IMG/VR virus record: IMGVR_UViG_3300025168_011824
Coordinates: 1 to 55,828 of that record
Strand: one strand, 5' to 3'
DNA from: a virus
Taxonomy: Duplodnaviria; Caudoviricetes
DNA: 55,828 bases
This document shows, piece after piece, positions 8,272-17,819 of this stretch (position 1 is the stretch's first letter; every line of letters starts with the position of its first letter). Both the position numbers and the translations under genes were made by a program. The notes under the pieces were generated by a model. That model searched no databases, was not told where the DNA came from, and was given only the letters and a program-made list of their open reading frames with translations.

Positions 8272-8869
8272 ATCCTATTTTTTCTATTAATTCTTCAAAA
8301 TCAAAAGCTGGACTGATGTCGGTCCAGAAATTATTATAGTTGCTTCTACTTACAACTCCTTTAAACTTATCTACACTATCTATCCTCACATTGTGTCCAG
8401 TATATTCTAATTCTACATCCAATTCTTTATTTAATTGTACTATTAACTCTGCACAAGAATTTAATTGTTCTGGAGTATAACTAGCCCAAAATAGATGTCC
8501 TCTCCATTTTTTCTTAAACACTTCTCCTTTATAAATATCACCAATCCAGTTGACGTGTGCATTTAGTGAAGGTTTTCTTTTTAACCAACCTAAATTTTCT
8601 AAAATAATAAATATACTTTTAGTGTCTACATCTTCCTTACCAAAAAAATTAGAAGTTGTGTTGGGTGGGATGATGTCTACAACCCTACCTTCTTTAGTTA
8701 TCATATAGTGAGGAATTTTGGTATAATCACCATCCATCCTATATTTTAAACTTTTGTAGTAGTTGGATGCATCCCTTCCGGTATGGCATAGAATAATTTG
8801 TGTTTTAGGTTTGTCAACCACAACATTATAAAACTTATCCTTATCTATTTGTTTGTCTATTTCTGTCAT
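8255..8869 (-). CDS. N-acetylmuramoyl-L-alanine amidase-like protein (Amidase_2/AmpD fold)
   Basis: Motif order IILCHT...PHYMITKEG...SIFIILENLG...YTPEQL...TDISPAFDF matches AmpD-type amidases, with altered Zn ligands. Confidence 0.75.
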   Translation of the reverse strand: MTEIDKQIDKDKFYNVVVDKPKTQIILCHTGRDASNYYKSLKYRMDGDYTKIPHYMITKEGRVVDIIPPNTTSNFFGKEDVDTKSIFIILENLGWLKRKPSLNAHVNWIGDIYKGEVFKKKWRGHLFWASYTPEQLNSCAELIVQLNKELDVELEYTGHNVRIDSVDKFKGVVSRSNYNNFWTDISPAFDFEELIEKIGYEKNN

Positions 8870-10137
8870 TTCCTCTTCGTGTATCGTAATGTTTTCTTTA
8901 AAGGTAAGTTCTCTTCCTGTGAATTTAAACCTTTCTCTTTACCTAATTCGTCTAACCACTCGTCAATCAAATCATCTTCTTGGAATTCCTCCACAATCTC
9001 TTTAATGGTTTCTTTTTCTGTTTTTGGTTCTTTAACTATTAAAGTTTGAGTGGTATCTGTTAACCTCGATAATTCTTCTTCTTCAAAATATGTTGGTAGT
9101 TTTTTATCTGTTAAGTCTTCATAGTATGGATTTAACTCACCTGTTTGGGGGTCATATAGTGGTATGTCGAATGACATCGGAGGAAGTGTGGACTTAGTTG
9201 GGTCCTCATAGTGAAGTCCATCATTTCCATTTTGTCCTATAATGTTCATTCTTTTTTCGTATTCTTTTTCTGTTAATTCCTCTACTGAAACTTTTGGGTT
9301 GGGGTCTGGTTGGTGGGACACAATTTCTTTTACTCTAGGTTTTAATTGAGCAAATGCCATGTTAGCTGCAATTACTAAGGCGATAGCTAATGGGTCAAAT
9401 ACAAATACAATCAACAATAAAAACCAGTTAACTACCTGACCCATATCTTGACCTGTTGTCTCTGCAAGATACTTTAGTGGACCGAGCTCACTCTCTGCTT
9501 CATTAGATATTTCCTTATCCAATAACGCCATATCAGTTTTATTAATAGAATCTAATACAGCTTCTATTTTAATATTGACATTATCTCTATCTGCAATTGT
9601 AGTTTTTAATTCTGTTTGTAGTGCTCTTCTTGCTGAACTAGATGTTGTTGTAATTACCTCCCCAGCATTTTTGTCATACCATGAAACTGAAGTTGGATTT
9701 GATAATGATATTCTTAAATCGGAGATTGATTTATTTATTTGAGTTTTCTCAAGTGTTAAATCTGATTTTGTTTCTTGAAATCTAACTTGTTTTTGATTAA
9801 GTATCCTTAAGGATTTATCTAATAGTTCTGATTGATTTGCTGTGGTCTGATATGCTCCGGATAAAAATCCATATATGCCTCCAGAGGTTATTATCATTAA
9901 AACAAAACATGCAATTGAAAGATACGCTCTTAAGAATTTATTTATAGTGTCCCAGTATTGATATAATAGTGACGCGACTACTAGTTTTGCAAACTCTAGA
10001 GAACCAGCCATTATAATAACTTGGGTGCTTGCACCAGCGAATAATTTACTCAAACCAAAAACCGAATAGAAGGCTGCTGAACCTGACACAGCTAATGCTG
10101 ATAAGGCAATTAATAATGGAAAAAATCTTTTTTTCAT
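8866..10137 (-). CDS. multi-pass membrane protein with long coiled-coil loop and acidic tail
   Basis: Three N-terminal TM helices, a ~140-aa coiled-coil region, then a fourth TM (WFLLLIVFVFDPLAIALVIAA). Confidence 0.75.
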   Translation of the reverse strand: MKKRFFPLLIALSALAVSGSAAFYSVFGLSKLFAGASTQVIIMAGSLEFAKLVVASLLYQYWDTINKFLRAYLSIACFVLMIITSGGIYGFLSGAYQTTANQSELLDKSLRILNQKQVRFQETKSDLTLEKTQINKSISDLRISLSNPTSVSWYDKNAGEVITTTSSSARRALQTELKTTIADRDNVNIKIEAVLDSINKTDMALLDKEISNEAESELGPLKYLAETTGQDMGQVVNWFLLLIVFVFDPLAIALVIAANMAFAQLKPRVKEIVSHQPDPNPKVSVEELTEKEYEKRMNIIGQNGNDGLHYEDPTKSTLPPMSFDIPLYDPQTGELNPYYEDLTDKKLPTYFEEEELSRLTDTTQTLIVKEPKTEKETIKEIVEEFQEDDLIDEWLDELGKEKGLNSQEENLPLKKTLRYTKRK

Positions 10138-10151
10138 AAAAAATAGTTTAC

Positions 10152-10160
10152 TATAAATAT
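10152..10160 (-). promoter_or_regulatory. putative late promoter ATATTTATA
   Basis: 14 nt upstream of ATG 10137, heading the putative lysis operon. Confidence 0.65.
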
Positions 10161-10960
10161 TAACGAGCCATATAGTCTAACAGCCCTTCACTCTCATTTC
10201 TTAATTTTCTTAAAGCTTTTTCTTTAATTTGTCTTACTCTTTCCTTAGTTAGACCAAAATCCTCACCTATTTTGGCGAGTGTCTTAGGGTAACCCACTAA
10301 TCCGAAATATTCTTTAATGATGATAGCCTCTCTTTCATCTAAGACTGACATTGTTTCAATTAATTCTCTTTTTAATGCTCCCATATCGTAGAATTGAGCA
10401 TCTGGTGAGTCTGCTTCTTCATTAGGAATTAACTCTAGTAAAGTGTCACCGTCTTCATTAATTGGTTTACTTAGATTTAAAGTAGTTGGTAGATTTTCTA
10501 ATTTTTTACTTAGTTTAACTTCTTCATTCTTTGCTTCTTTTTTAGCCTTATGTAGTTCTTGGATAACATTAGCTGGTAATCTAATAGTTCTTGCGTTATC
10601 ATTTAACGATTGTAGTATAGATTGTCTAATCCACCATACAGCATAAGATATAAATCTAAATCCTCTTTCCCACTCAAAACTCTTTATTGCCTTAAGTAAA
10701 CCATAATTTCCCTCCGCAATTAAGTCTGGTAAATCCAATCCTTGGTTTTGGTAATCTTTTGCTACACTTATTACAAATCGTAGATTACCTTCCAATAATT
10801 CTTTATGTATTTTCTTTAGTTCTTCTTCAGAAACTTCCTCAAAAAGTATTCTGGTTGCTAACTCTTTTTCTCTTTCTTTAGTTAAGACTGTAGATTTCCT
10901 AACATCTTTTAGATAGTGTTGTATTTCTTGTTGGTTGATGAAAATGTTGTTTTTTGGCAT
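10160..10960 (-). CDS. RNA polymerase sigma factor, RpoD/SigA family lacking region 1.1 (Bacteroidota type)
   Basis: Region 2 NLRFVISVAK..DLIAEGNYGL..FISYAVWWIRQSI..RTIRLP; region 4.2 LTKERVRQIKEKALRKLR; only 266 aa. Confidence 0.93.
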   Translation of the reverse strand: MPKNNIFINQQEIQHYLKDVRKSTVLTKEREKELATRILFEEVSEEELKKIHKELLEGNLRFVISVAKDYQNQGLDLPDLIAEGNYGLLKAIKSFEWERGFRFISYAVWWIRQSILQSLNDNARTIRLPANVIQELHKAKKEAKNEEVKLSKKLENLPTTLNLSKPINEDGDTLLELIPNEEADSPDAQFYDMGALKRELIETMSVLDEREAIIIKEYFGLVGYPKTLAKIGEDFGLTKERVRQIKEKALRKLRNESEGLLDYMAR

Positions 10961-11018
10961 ATTTTTTTATTTTATTATTATACAAATAGTGTTCCGTTAG
11001 TAATTAGGTGACATTTTG

Positions 11019-11555
11019 TCATGTTTTACTTTGATTCTTTAAAAATTTAAGTTCTGAGTCTGTTAATGAGTCCATTCCTTTTGCACTAATCTTATCCAGG
11101 ATGATATCAAGGTCTAATACAATGTTAGTGTTAGTTTTTATACGAAATTTAGGTGTGTTTTGTTTCGCATTTTTACCAATTATGTCCTTTATATCTTGTA
11201 AATCCTCTAAATCCTCTACCAATAACTTATCTAAATCTAGATTAGTTTTCCCTAATAAATGATTTTCTAATGTTTCGTCCATTCTAGATGTAAACTTACT
11301 TGGTCTGGGTATGAGAATACAGACGTCAATTATTTCGTCTAATTCTTCCATGACATACTCACTCATACTTTCGAAGTTTTCTTCACTCTTAAATAGGCAA
11401 ATTAGAGAGGTTTCTGAGTGTATATACCTCATAGTACCAAAATCTGTAGTAACTGGGTTTAAAACTTCTACAATTTCTTTAATGATGTCATTTATGTTAT
11501 CCCAATAACCTAAAGCGAATAACATATATTGTTTGTTTCTTTTATCCTTTGCCAT
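11019..11555 (-). CDS. hypothetical protein with C-terminal LDxILDKISxxGxxSLTxxE motif (DUF6576-like)
   Basis: C-terminus LDLDIILDKISAKGMDSLTDSELKFLK. Confidence 0.7.
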   Translation of the reverse strand: MAKDKRNKQYMLFALGYWDNINDIIKEIVEVLNPVTTDFGTMRYIHSETSLICLFKSEENFESMSEYVMEELDEIIDVCILIPRPSKFTSRMDETLENHLLGKTNLDLDKLLVEDLEDLQDIKDIIGKNAKQNTPKFRIKTNTNIVLDLDIILDKISAKGMDSLTDSELKFLKNQSKT

Positions 11556-11575
11556 ATAATTTTATTTTAGTATTA

Positions 11576-11607
11576 CAAAGATACATATTTTTATGTTGGC
11601 CACCAAA
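11576..11607 (-). promoter_or_regulatory. Bacteroidota housekeeping promoter TTTG-N20-TATCTTTG
   Basis: Exact match to the -33/-7 consensus (TTTG N19-21 TAnnTTTG), 20 nt upstream of ATG 11555. Confidence 0.75.
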
Positions 11608-11652
11608 CAAATGTTAATTAAAATAACACCAAACATTTTATGGGCAATACAT

Positions 11653-11661
11653 ATATTTATT
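11653..11661 (+). promoter_or_regulatory. putative late promoter ATATTTATT
   Basis: 14 nt upstream of plus-strand ATG 11676; the motif flips strand with the gene. Confidence 0.6.
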
Positions 11662-11675
11662 AATAAACAAAAATT

Positions 11676-12155
11676 ATGCCTAGTAATAAATTTATTAAAA
11701 GAATTATTAAAGAAGAAGTTAGCCCAATCGTTGAACAACGTTTGGATGACCCTAATTCTTTTACTACTGAAATACAGGATGTTACTTTTACTGGACTAGG
11801 GGATTATTTCCCAGAATATAAAGACCGGGATATGGATATAGCTTATCTCGACTGTTCAGTAAATTGGAGATACGAACTAGAAATAAGGAGTTGGGGTATT
11901 AAAAATATAAGTATTTACACCACAAGTGTATTAATTAAAGCCTCTATTGAAGTTTTTGATGAGGACTACACTAAGGTTGAATCGGAAAAAGAGATAGAGA
12001 TACTTGTAGATGATATGGGTGGTTACGGTGGTGAAAAAGAGGGTGTTTGGTACTATGAAGATATGCAAGAAGATGAGATAAGGAACCATACTATTCTTCC
12101 TGTGGAGTTAGAAGTAGACTTATCCGACCAATCGGTATCCGTTATCTGGAATTAA
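11676..12155 (+). CDS. acidic hypothetical protein with N-terminal IKRIIKEE motif
   Basis: Clean ORF with its own late motif; convergent with sbcC. Confidence 0.75.
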   Translation: MPSNKFIKRIIKEEVSPIVEQRLDDPNSFTTEIQDVTFTGLGDYFPEYKDRDMDIAYLDCSVNWRYELEIRSWGIKNISIYTTSVLIKASIEVFDEDYTKVESEKEIEILVDDMGGYGGEKEGVWYYEDMQEDEIRNHTILPVELEVDLSDQSVSVIWN

Positions 12156-14463
12156 TTGTTGAAACGTTATTAACTTTTTTTACTGTGACCGTATTGTCAC
12201 ACCATTCTTTTACTAAAGAGTTGTGGGTGATTACAAATATCTTTTCAAAGTAATCTTTTATTTTGATAAAGAAGTTACCCACTAATTCTAAATTTTCGTC
12301 ACTAACCTTACCAAATACTTCATCAAAACATACAACATTAGGTTTTGGTAGGGAACAAACTTTTGCTAGAACAGCTCTTAAAGCTAGTGAAGCTATAGTT
12401 CTCTCATATCCACTACCAGAGGATAATAGTTTTTCTATTGAAGTTTCGTTATCTTCCATCCAGAACTCCAATTCGTTCCTATCATTTATTTTTAATTTCA
12501 TTGTAAAAAGTGCACTATCAGATAACAATCTATTAAGTTCACTATTAATATAAGGTATTGTATTCTTTAATATTATCTTAGATATACCATTTTTACCATA
12601 CGCAATTAAATAAGATTTAAATATTTTACCTATTTCTTCCTCTGACTTAATCTTTTTTATCTTATTGTTATTTTCAACAACTGTATTTTTATTATGTTTT
12701 ATTTGTGATTGAAGATTATTTATTTCGTTGTTTAGGTTGTCTCTTTCAGCATAGAGAGTGTCAATCCTAGTTCTTAGTTTTAACATATTTTCTTTTGCTG
12801 ATTTATTTTCTTTTACTCTTTTTTCATTTTCTTCCCACAGTAACTTGATGTCATTCTTTTCTTTTATCTTAAAGTTTAAGTCTTTAATTTGTAAATCGTA
12901 TTTAGTTTTCTTAAGATTATTCCTTTCATAGTCCCTCCATGATTTCATACAGGTCTCTAATTCTACTTCTTGTATTATTAGTTTTTCTTTAACTTTAATA
13001 TCAGATTCTAATTTTAAATTATTTTTTTCTACCACCTTAACTTTATTATCCATTTCTTCTTGGTGGTCAACATCGTCTAATGTTCTTTTACATGTGGGAC
13101 ATACTTCACTTTCTTTTAATTTTTTTATAAATTCCGCATCTGTAGTTATTTCTCTTTCTAATAATCTAACTTCTAACTTTTTTTCATTTAACTCCTCTTT
13201 TGTAGTGTTGTGAGTTTTTTCATTATACTCGTAATTAGGTTTTTCAACTATAATAGTTTCTTTTTCACCATTATTTTTATTTAATTGTTTTTCTAACCTT
13301 TCGATTTCTCTATTTAATTCTTGTGGGTCTAGGTTCACAATTTTAGGGTCTATATTCTTATGTTGTTGGCCTATTAATTTGTCTCTTTCTTTTTCAGTTT
13401 TTTTTATAGTTTCTTCTTTATCTTTTACGTTTCCCTTATGGGTGTCAGTAGTCTGAGTGTGATTAATATTTTCTTGTTCTAACCTATTAGAGTCACTATC
13501 TAAATCTACTATATTATATAAATTAGATATCAAAGTCTTAGACCATTCATTATACATTTCCTTACATATAACTTCTTTTTCTTTTAATTTTTCTAAACCT
13601 ATAAACCTTGTAAGTATTCTTCCTCTTTGTGTTGGTTTGGCCTCTATTAACTCTTCTAGGTTACTTCCTGTAGTTAATATGGTTAATAAGAAATCGTCTA
13701 GTGTACCAATAGACTTTTTAATAATATTTTCTGTTTCTCTTCTTTGTTCTCCTTGTAAATTTTGTAAGGTCCCACTACCAATTTTTTTACTAAAATTTAA
13801 TTCAGACTTAACGGACCAATCACCTTTTTTAGTTTTATTTCTTATAATTCCTCTTTCAATAATAAATGTTTCACCATCTATTTCTACCTCTCCTCTTACT
13901 AGTACTCTATTTTTATCGGTATACCTGTTGAAGATTTCAATTGTTTTAGTGGATTTTGTAGTGGAATTAAAGAATAGAAATAGTAGTAGGTCTACTGTTA
14001 GTGTGGTTTTACCCCCAAAATTAGACGGTGTAGAATCTATTGCAGTTATACCGTTTAGTTTGTCAAAATCTAACCTATTTCCTTCACCAAAAGATAAAAA
14101 ATTATCAAATTCAATCCATTTAATAGCCCAGAATTTATTACCTACATCACCACCTGATTTTTCTAAAGATTTTTCTTCTACTTTATTATCTAATCTTTTT
14201 AACTTATCCCAATCTACAACAATATCTTGGTCTGTTAAATATTCTTTTACTAAATTATCTTGATACGCACTATCTAATATTTTATCCCCCACATCAAGAG
14301 TTCCTTTAGTGCCATCAACATCAGTTACTTTGGCTATTATATTAACTCTCTGTGTGTTATATTTTTTCTTAAAATAACTCTTAACTCTTTTGAGTCTTTC
14401 ATTATTAAAATTTTCTGGTGTATCTTCCCATACTACCTTTATAAAAGGATTTGTATAATTCAT
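12142..14463 (-). CDS. SbcC/Rad50 (T4 gp46-like) recombination ATPase
   Basis: FDNFLSFG, Walker A-like NFGGKTT, coiled coil with CPTC zinc hook, signature SGSGYER, Walker B FDEVFG, H-loop ITH. Confidence 0.93.
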   Translation of the reverse strand: MNYTNPFIKVVWEDTPENFNNERLKRVKSYFKKKYNTQRVNIIAKVTDVDGTKGTLDVGDKILDSAYQDNLVKEYLTDQDIVVDWDKLKRLDNKVEEKSLEKSGGDVGNKFWAIKWIEFDNFLSFGEGNRLDFDKLNGITAIDSTPSNFGGKTTLTVDLLLFLFFNSTTKSTKTIEIFNRYTDKNRVLVRGEVEIDGETFIIERGIIRNKTKKGDWSVKSELNFSKKIGSGTLQNLQGEQRRETENIIKKSIGTLDDFLLTILTTGSNLEELIEAKPTQRGRILTRFIGLEKLKEKEVICKEMYNEWSKTLISNLYNIVDLDSDSNRLEQENINHTQTTDTHKGNVKDKEETIKKTEKERDKLIGQQHKNIDPKIVNLDPQELNREIERLEKQLNKNNGEKETIIVEKPNYEYNEKTHNTTKEELNEKKLEVRLLEREITTDAEFIKKLKESEVCPTCKRTLDDVDHQEEMDNKVKVVEKNNLKLESDIKVKEKLIIQEVELETCMKSWRDYERNNLKKTKYDLQIKDLNFKIKEKNDIKLLWEENEKRVKENKSAKENMLKLRTRIDTLYAERDNLNNEINNLQSQIKHNKNTVVENNNKIKKIKSEEEIGKIFKSYLIAYGKNGISKIILKNTIPYINSELNRLLSDSALFTMKLKINDRNELEFWMEDNETSIEKLLSSGSGYERTIASLALRAVLAKVCSLPKPNVVCFDEVFGKVSDENLELVGNFFIKIKDYFEKIFVITHNSLVKEWCDNTVTVKKVNNVSTINSR

Positions 14464-14466
14464 ATG

Positions 14467-14781
14467 CTAAGATTCTTTTGGTGGTTTATTTTCTTCAAAC
14501 CATTCAACAAAAGAGTTTAGTGCCCACACTGAACCACTTGCTAACATACCATCAAAAAATAAATTTGTGTAGGGTAGTATTACCATTGTCTCAGTTGGTG
14601 AGTAAAATGACAGGGAGAAAAAGAACCCCACCCATGTTGAGGTACACATCATACACCCTAGTAAATCTCCAAAAAATGTTGAGTGTTTTGCTATCCAAGT
14701 TCTGGTTGTTTCGAATATACTACCAAATACTAAGATTTGGGACATTCCATAAGCGGATAAAATCCAAATAATTAATTCCAT
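14467..14781 (-). CDS. small membrane protein with CxxCxSxW motif (DUF1360-like)
   Basis: FFGDLLGCMMCTSTWVG between hydrophobic helices. Confidence 0.7.
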   Translation of the reverse strand: MELIIWILSAYGMSQILVFGSIFETTRTWIAKHSTFFGDLLGCMMCTSTWVGFFFSLSFYSPTETMVILPYTNLFFDGMLASGSVWALNSFVEWFEENKPPKES

Positions 14782-14784
14782 ATT

Positions 14785-15330
14785 TTAATCTGTATATAAT
14801 TCATCGTTTAGGTTAGATGATTTTAGATGGGTGGTTTTATTACTACTAAATCTTTGAAAATGATTTAGTACGTCTTCGTACTCATCTACTTTATCTTGTA
14901 ATTTTTTTATTTCTGTTTGTAGAGAAACTAACTTTGTTGTATCCTCTATTATTACTTCTTTTTTTATTTCTTTAGGTTTAACAGCTAATTTATTTTTTAA
15001 CTTTTCTATTTCACCTAATAAGTTTTTAACTTCTTTATCGTCAGTAACATACTCAGTTTTGGTTATTATCTTTTCAACTATCTTTTCCACCTCTACATGT
15101 ACTGGAACTTCTTTTACTATTTCTTTTATTACTTCTTTTTCTACTTCTTTAATAACTTCTTTTTCTTTCTCTATTATTTCTTTAACTCCTTTAACTGGAG
15201 TTCTTCCAAATTTTTCTATGGCAAAACCCCCTTTAATACATCCTAATATTAAATTATCAATATCTTCAACCTTATTTAATTCACAGAACATTTCAATCTC
15301 GTTATATAATTCTTTAGGTATATTAAACAT
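14785..15330 (-). CDS. hypothetical protein with K/E/V/I repeats and coiled coil
   Basis: IIEKEKEVIKEVEKEVIKEIVKEVPVHVEVEKIVEKII. Confidence 0.75.
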   Translation of the reverse strand: MFNIPKELYNEIEMFCELNKVEDIDNLILGCIKGGFAIEKFGRTPVKGVKEIIEKEKEVIKEVEKEVIKEIVKEVPVHVEVEKIVEKIITKTEYVTDDKEVKNLLGEIEKLKNKLAVKPKEIKKEVIIEDTTKLVSLQTEIKKLQDKVDEYEDVLNHFQRFSSNKTTHLKSSNLNDELYTD

Positions 15331-16105
15331 TTAATAGTTTTTCTTTTTGTTTTTCAATATCACTTATATCTTTTATTCTAAAACTCAAATAGGGAGAAGA
15401 AGATTTAACATCTATAAAATTATAAACTTTATTATCTAATTCGTAAACCCCATATCCGTGATTTTTAATAGTTTCACCAAAATTTTGTTGGATAAGACTG
15501 CCGACCATATATACCTTAGAATTGTTATCTATGTCAAATATTTGTCTTTTATGTATGTCACCTGCTAGAACAACGTCTAGTCCTTTGAATTCTTTTAGGG
15601 AGTATCCACTGTCAAACATAAACCCTAAGTCTGTTTTACTTCCTTCAATTGGGCCATGAAATAAACCTATTTTATGTTTTTCACTAGTTGTTGGTATTGT
15701 GGGTCTTTCATTTTCTTCCATAAGAGAATAAACACACCATAGAACATTATCGTCTTCGTAACACCCTTTATGTTTAAAGTAAGTAATATTAGGTTTATTT
15801 AAATTATCAATAATAGGACTTAACGTATCTAACCTATCTTGATTGTTTTCTAAAAAATCGTGATTACCTATTAGTACAATAACCGGACAAATAGACTCAC
15901 ATTCGATAAGAACCCAACTTACAATCTCTAATAACTCTGGAGTCATTTGATTTTTAGAGTGTACTAGGTCTCCAGTAAAAACAATCCTATCTGGTTTTAT
16001 TTCTCTCCATTGTTTAAAACATTCGGTGAGTACTTCTCTATATCGACTGTGCTCTTTAAATAACCTTAAATGTAAGTCTGAAAAATGTATAATTTTGTTA
16101 ATCAT
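15323..16105 (-). CDS. SbcD/Mre11 (T4 gp47-like) metallophosphoesterase nuclease
   Basis: SDLH, TGDLVH, GNHD, FHG and GDIH motifs. Confidence 0.92.
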   Translation of the reverse strand: MINKIIHFSDLHLRLFKEHSRYREVLTECFKQWREIKPDRIVFTGDLVHSKNQMTPELLEIVSWVLIECESICPVIVLIGNHDFLENNQDRLDTLSPIIDNLNKPNITYFKHKGCYEDDNVLWCVYSLMEENERPTIPTTSEKHKIGLFHGPIEGSKTDLGFMFDSGYSLKEFKGLDVVLAGDIHKRQIFDIDNNSKVYMVGSLIQQNFGETIKNHGYGVYELDNKVYNFIDVKSSSPYLSFRIKDISDIEKQKEKLLNV

Positions 16106-16886
16106 TTTTATTGTATTCTTTTAACATAGCTTTTACCTCTTCCCTGTAATCTCTACATTTGATTGGTTCGTAGTTATTATTCTTTTCGTTAAACCACACA
16201 ATATAGGAATCACCTAATTTTATATTAGTGTTCTTTTCTATTATGTAACGATATAGAGATAGTTGTAGTGAGTAGGTGTTAAATTCACAAACATCTAAAT
16301 GTGATAGAGGTTCTTTAAATTGTTGCCACCTATTATTTCTTTTAATCTCCTTATTTGTTTTCCAATCCCAAATCTGTAGTTCGTTTGTTTTATTATTCCA
16401 GAATAATTGGTCGACCATTCCACATATTCCCAATTCATCATCACCAACAATAATTTCTGATTTCATTGGGACTAGTTTGCCGTAGGACTCTTCATAAAAC
16501 TTATTAAATAATACCACTAATTTATCAAAATCTGTTTTTAGTATATCTCCTTGTTTAAATTCGTTACCTTCCAAAATCCTAACTACCCTATCTTTTGGGT
16601 ATGGGAATATTTTATTATTTAAATAATTCTCAGCGTACTCGTGAAATAGTGTTCCTTTTTCACATGAGTAATCTGACTTATCTTTCCATTCTTTTAGAAT
16701 CTCTTCTTTTGTTATTCCTCTTTCATCAGCTTTTTTCTTTGACCAAAAGTCACTGTCAAATTTTTGTTTAAACTTCCCAATTAATTGAGTTGCTGATGTC
16801 ATTTTTTTATCCCCCATATAATATGTGTGGGGTTCATCGTAGTATTTAATATTATTAAAAATACTTAATTCTATAGTTATATCCAT
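16098..16886 (-). CDS. PD-(D/E)XK exonuclease (RecB/Cas4-like superfamily)
   Basis: GTLFHEYAE...SE...GMVDQL...IWDWKT...YSLQLSLY. Confidence 0.85.
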   Translation of the reverse strand: MDITIELSIFNNIKYYDEPHTYYMGDKKMTSATQLIGKFKQKFDSDFWSKKKADERGITKEEILKEWKDKSDYSCEKGTLFHEYAENYLNNKIFPYPKDRVVRILEGNEFKQGDILKTDFDKLVVLFNKFYEESYGKLVPMKSEIIVGDDELGICGMVDQLFWNNKTNELQIWDWKTNKEIKRNNRWQQFKEPLSHLDVCEFNTYSLQLSLYRYIIEKNTNIKLGDSYIVWFNEKNNNYEPIKCRDYREEVKAMLKEYNKND

Positions 16887-16889
16887 AAT

Positions 16890-17813
16890 TTATTTTTTTT
16901 CTAATTCAATAAAATTTAAAGAGGATAAGTCTCCTCTTAAATCTCCTATATCTTTATCTTTAGGTAGTTTTAATACCTTTATTCGTTTATGTAGTTTACC
17001 ACCATTTAGTTTATTAAAAAGTTGTTCTGTAGAATTCCATGCGTCACCATCTAGACATATTATAATGTTAGCTTTGGCTTTTTTATATATTTCAGACCAA
17101 AGATATTCTGAAACAGTCTTCCCTAATAATGGGATTGCGTTAGGTAGAAAAATCATATCAAAAACACCTTCTACCAAATAAATGTCCTCATTCCAATTAA
17201 TATTATCTTCATTAAATATAATATTCTCTTTTTGGACTTTTGGATTTTTATATTTTAGTTTGGTCTTAACATAACTTCTAGCAACGAAGTAATTTAGTTC
17301 TCCTTCTTTATCGTAAGAAGGAAAAATAATTCTATGACTATACTTTCCTGTAATGGTGTAACCTAATTTATATTTTTTTATATAATCTTTAGTTATACCT
17401 CTTCTTTTAAGGTAGTTAATTGCTTCTTTATACCTAATATCTAGTTTGTTCCCATCCAATAAAGATGTAAATCCTTGGGGGATAACCATTTCGTCATACT
17501 TTTCCTCGTTTTCTTTAAACTTTTCAGGTACGGCTAACTTAAAAATCTTCTTTTGTTGTGGGTTCCCCCACCTACCTACAAGATAGTGTAGTCGTCCTTT
17601 GGTGTTGTTGGTGTCTGAACATGCCCAACATTTGTAGATGTTCTTTTTATAGTTTATCTCTAAATTTCCTTTCTTATCACCTTTGTCCAACCCTTTTATA
17701 TCAAATGAGCATGTGGGACAATCAAAAGAGATTTGGCCTGAATGGGAGTTATGATTTTTCCATTCACCAAATATATCTTCTAAAACATCAACTATTAAAT
17801 CGAAATCTGCCAT
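16890..17813 (-). CDS. DNA primase (Zn finger + TOPRIM)
   Basis: CPTC...CWAC zinc finger, YLKRRGI, RIIFP, KYKNP, LVEGVFD, LDGD. Confidence 0.9.
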   Translation of the reverse strand: MADFDLIVDVLEDIFGEWKNHNSHSGQISFDCPTCSFDIKGLDKGDKKGNLEINYKKNIYKCWACSDTNNTKGRLHYLVGRWGNPQQKKIFKLAVPEKFKENEEKYDEMVIPQGFTSLLDGNKLDIRYKEAINYLKRRGITKDYIKKYKLGYTITGKYSHRIIFPSYDKEGELNYFVARSYVKTKLKYKNPKVQKENIIFNEDNINWNEDIYLVEGVFDMIFLPNAIPLLGKTVSEYLWSEIYKKAKANIIICLDGDAWNSTEQLFNKLNGGKLHKRIKVLKLPKDKDIGDLRGDLSSLNFIELEKK

Positions 17814-17819
17814 GTTAGA

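Noticed and set aside
16098-16886. Cas4 / CRISPR adaptation gene
   Set aside because: It lacks the four-Cys Fe-S pattern of Cas4 and sits in a replication operon with no cas genes.
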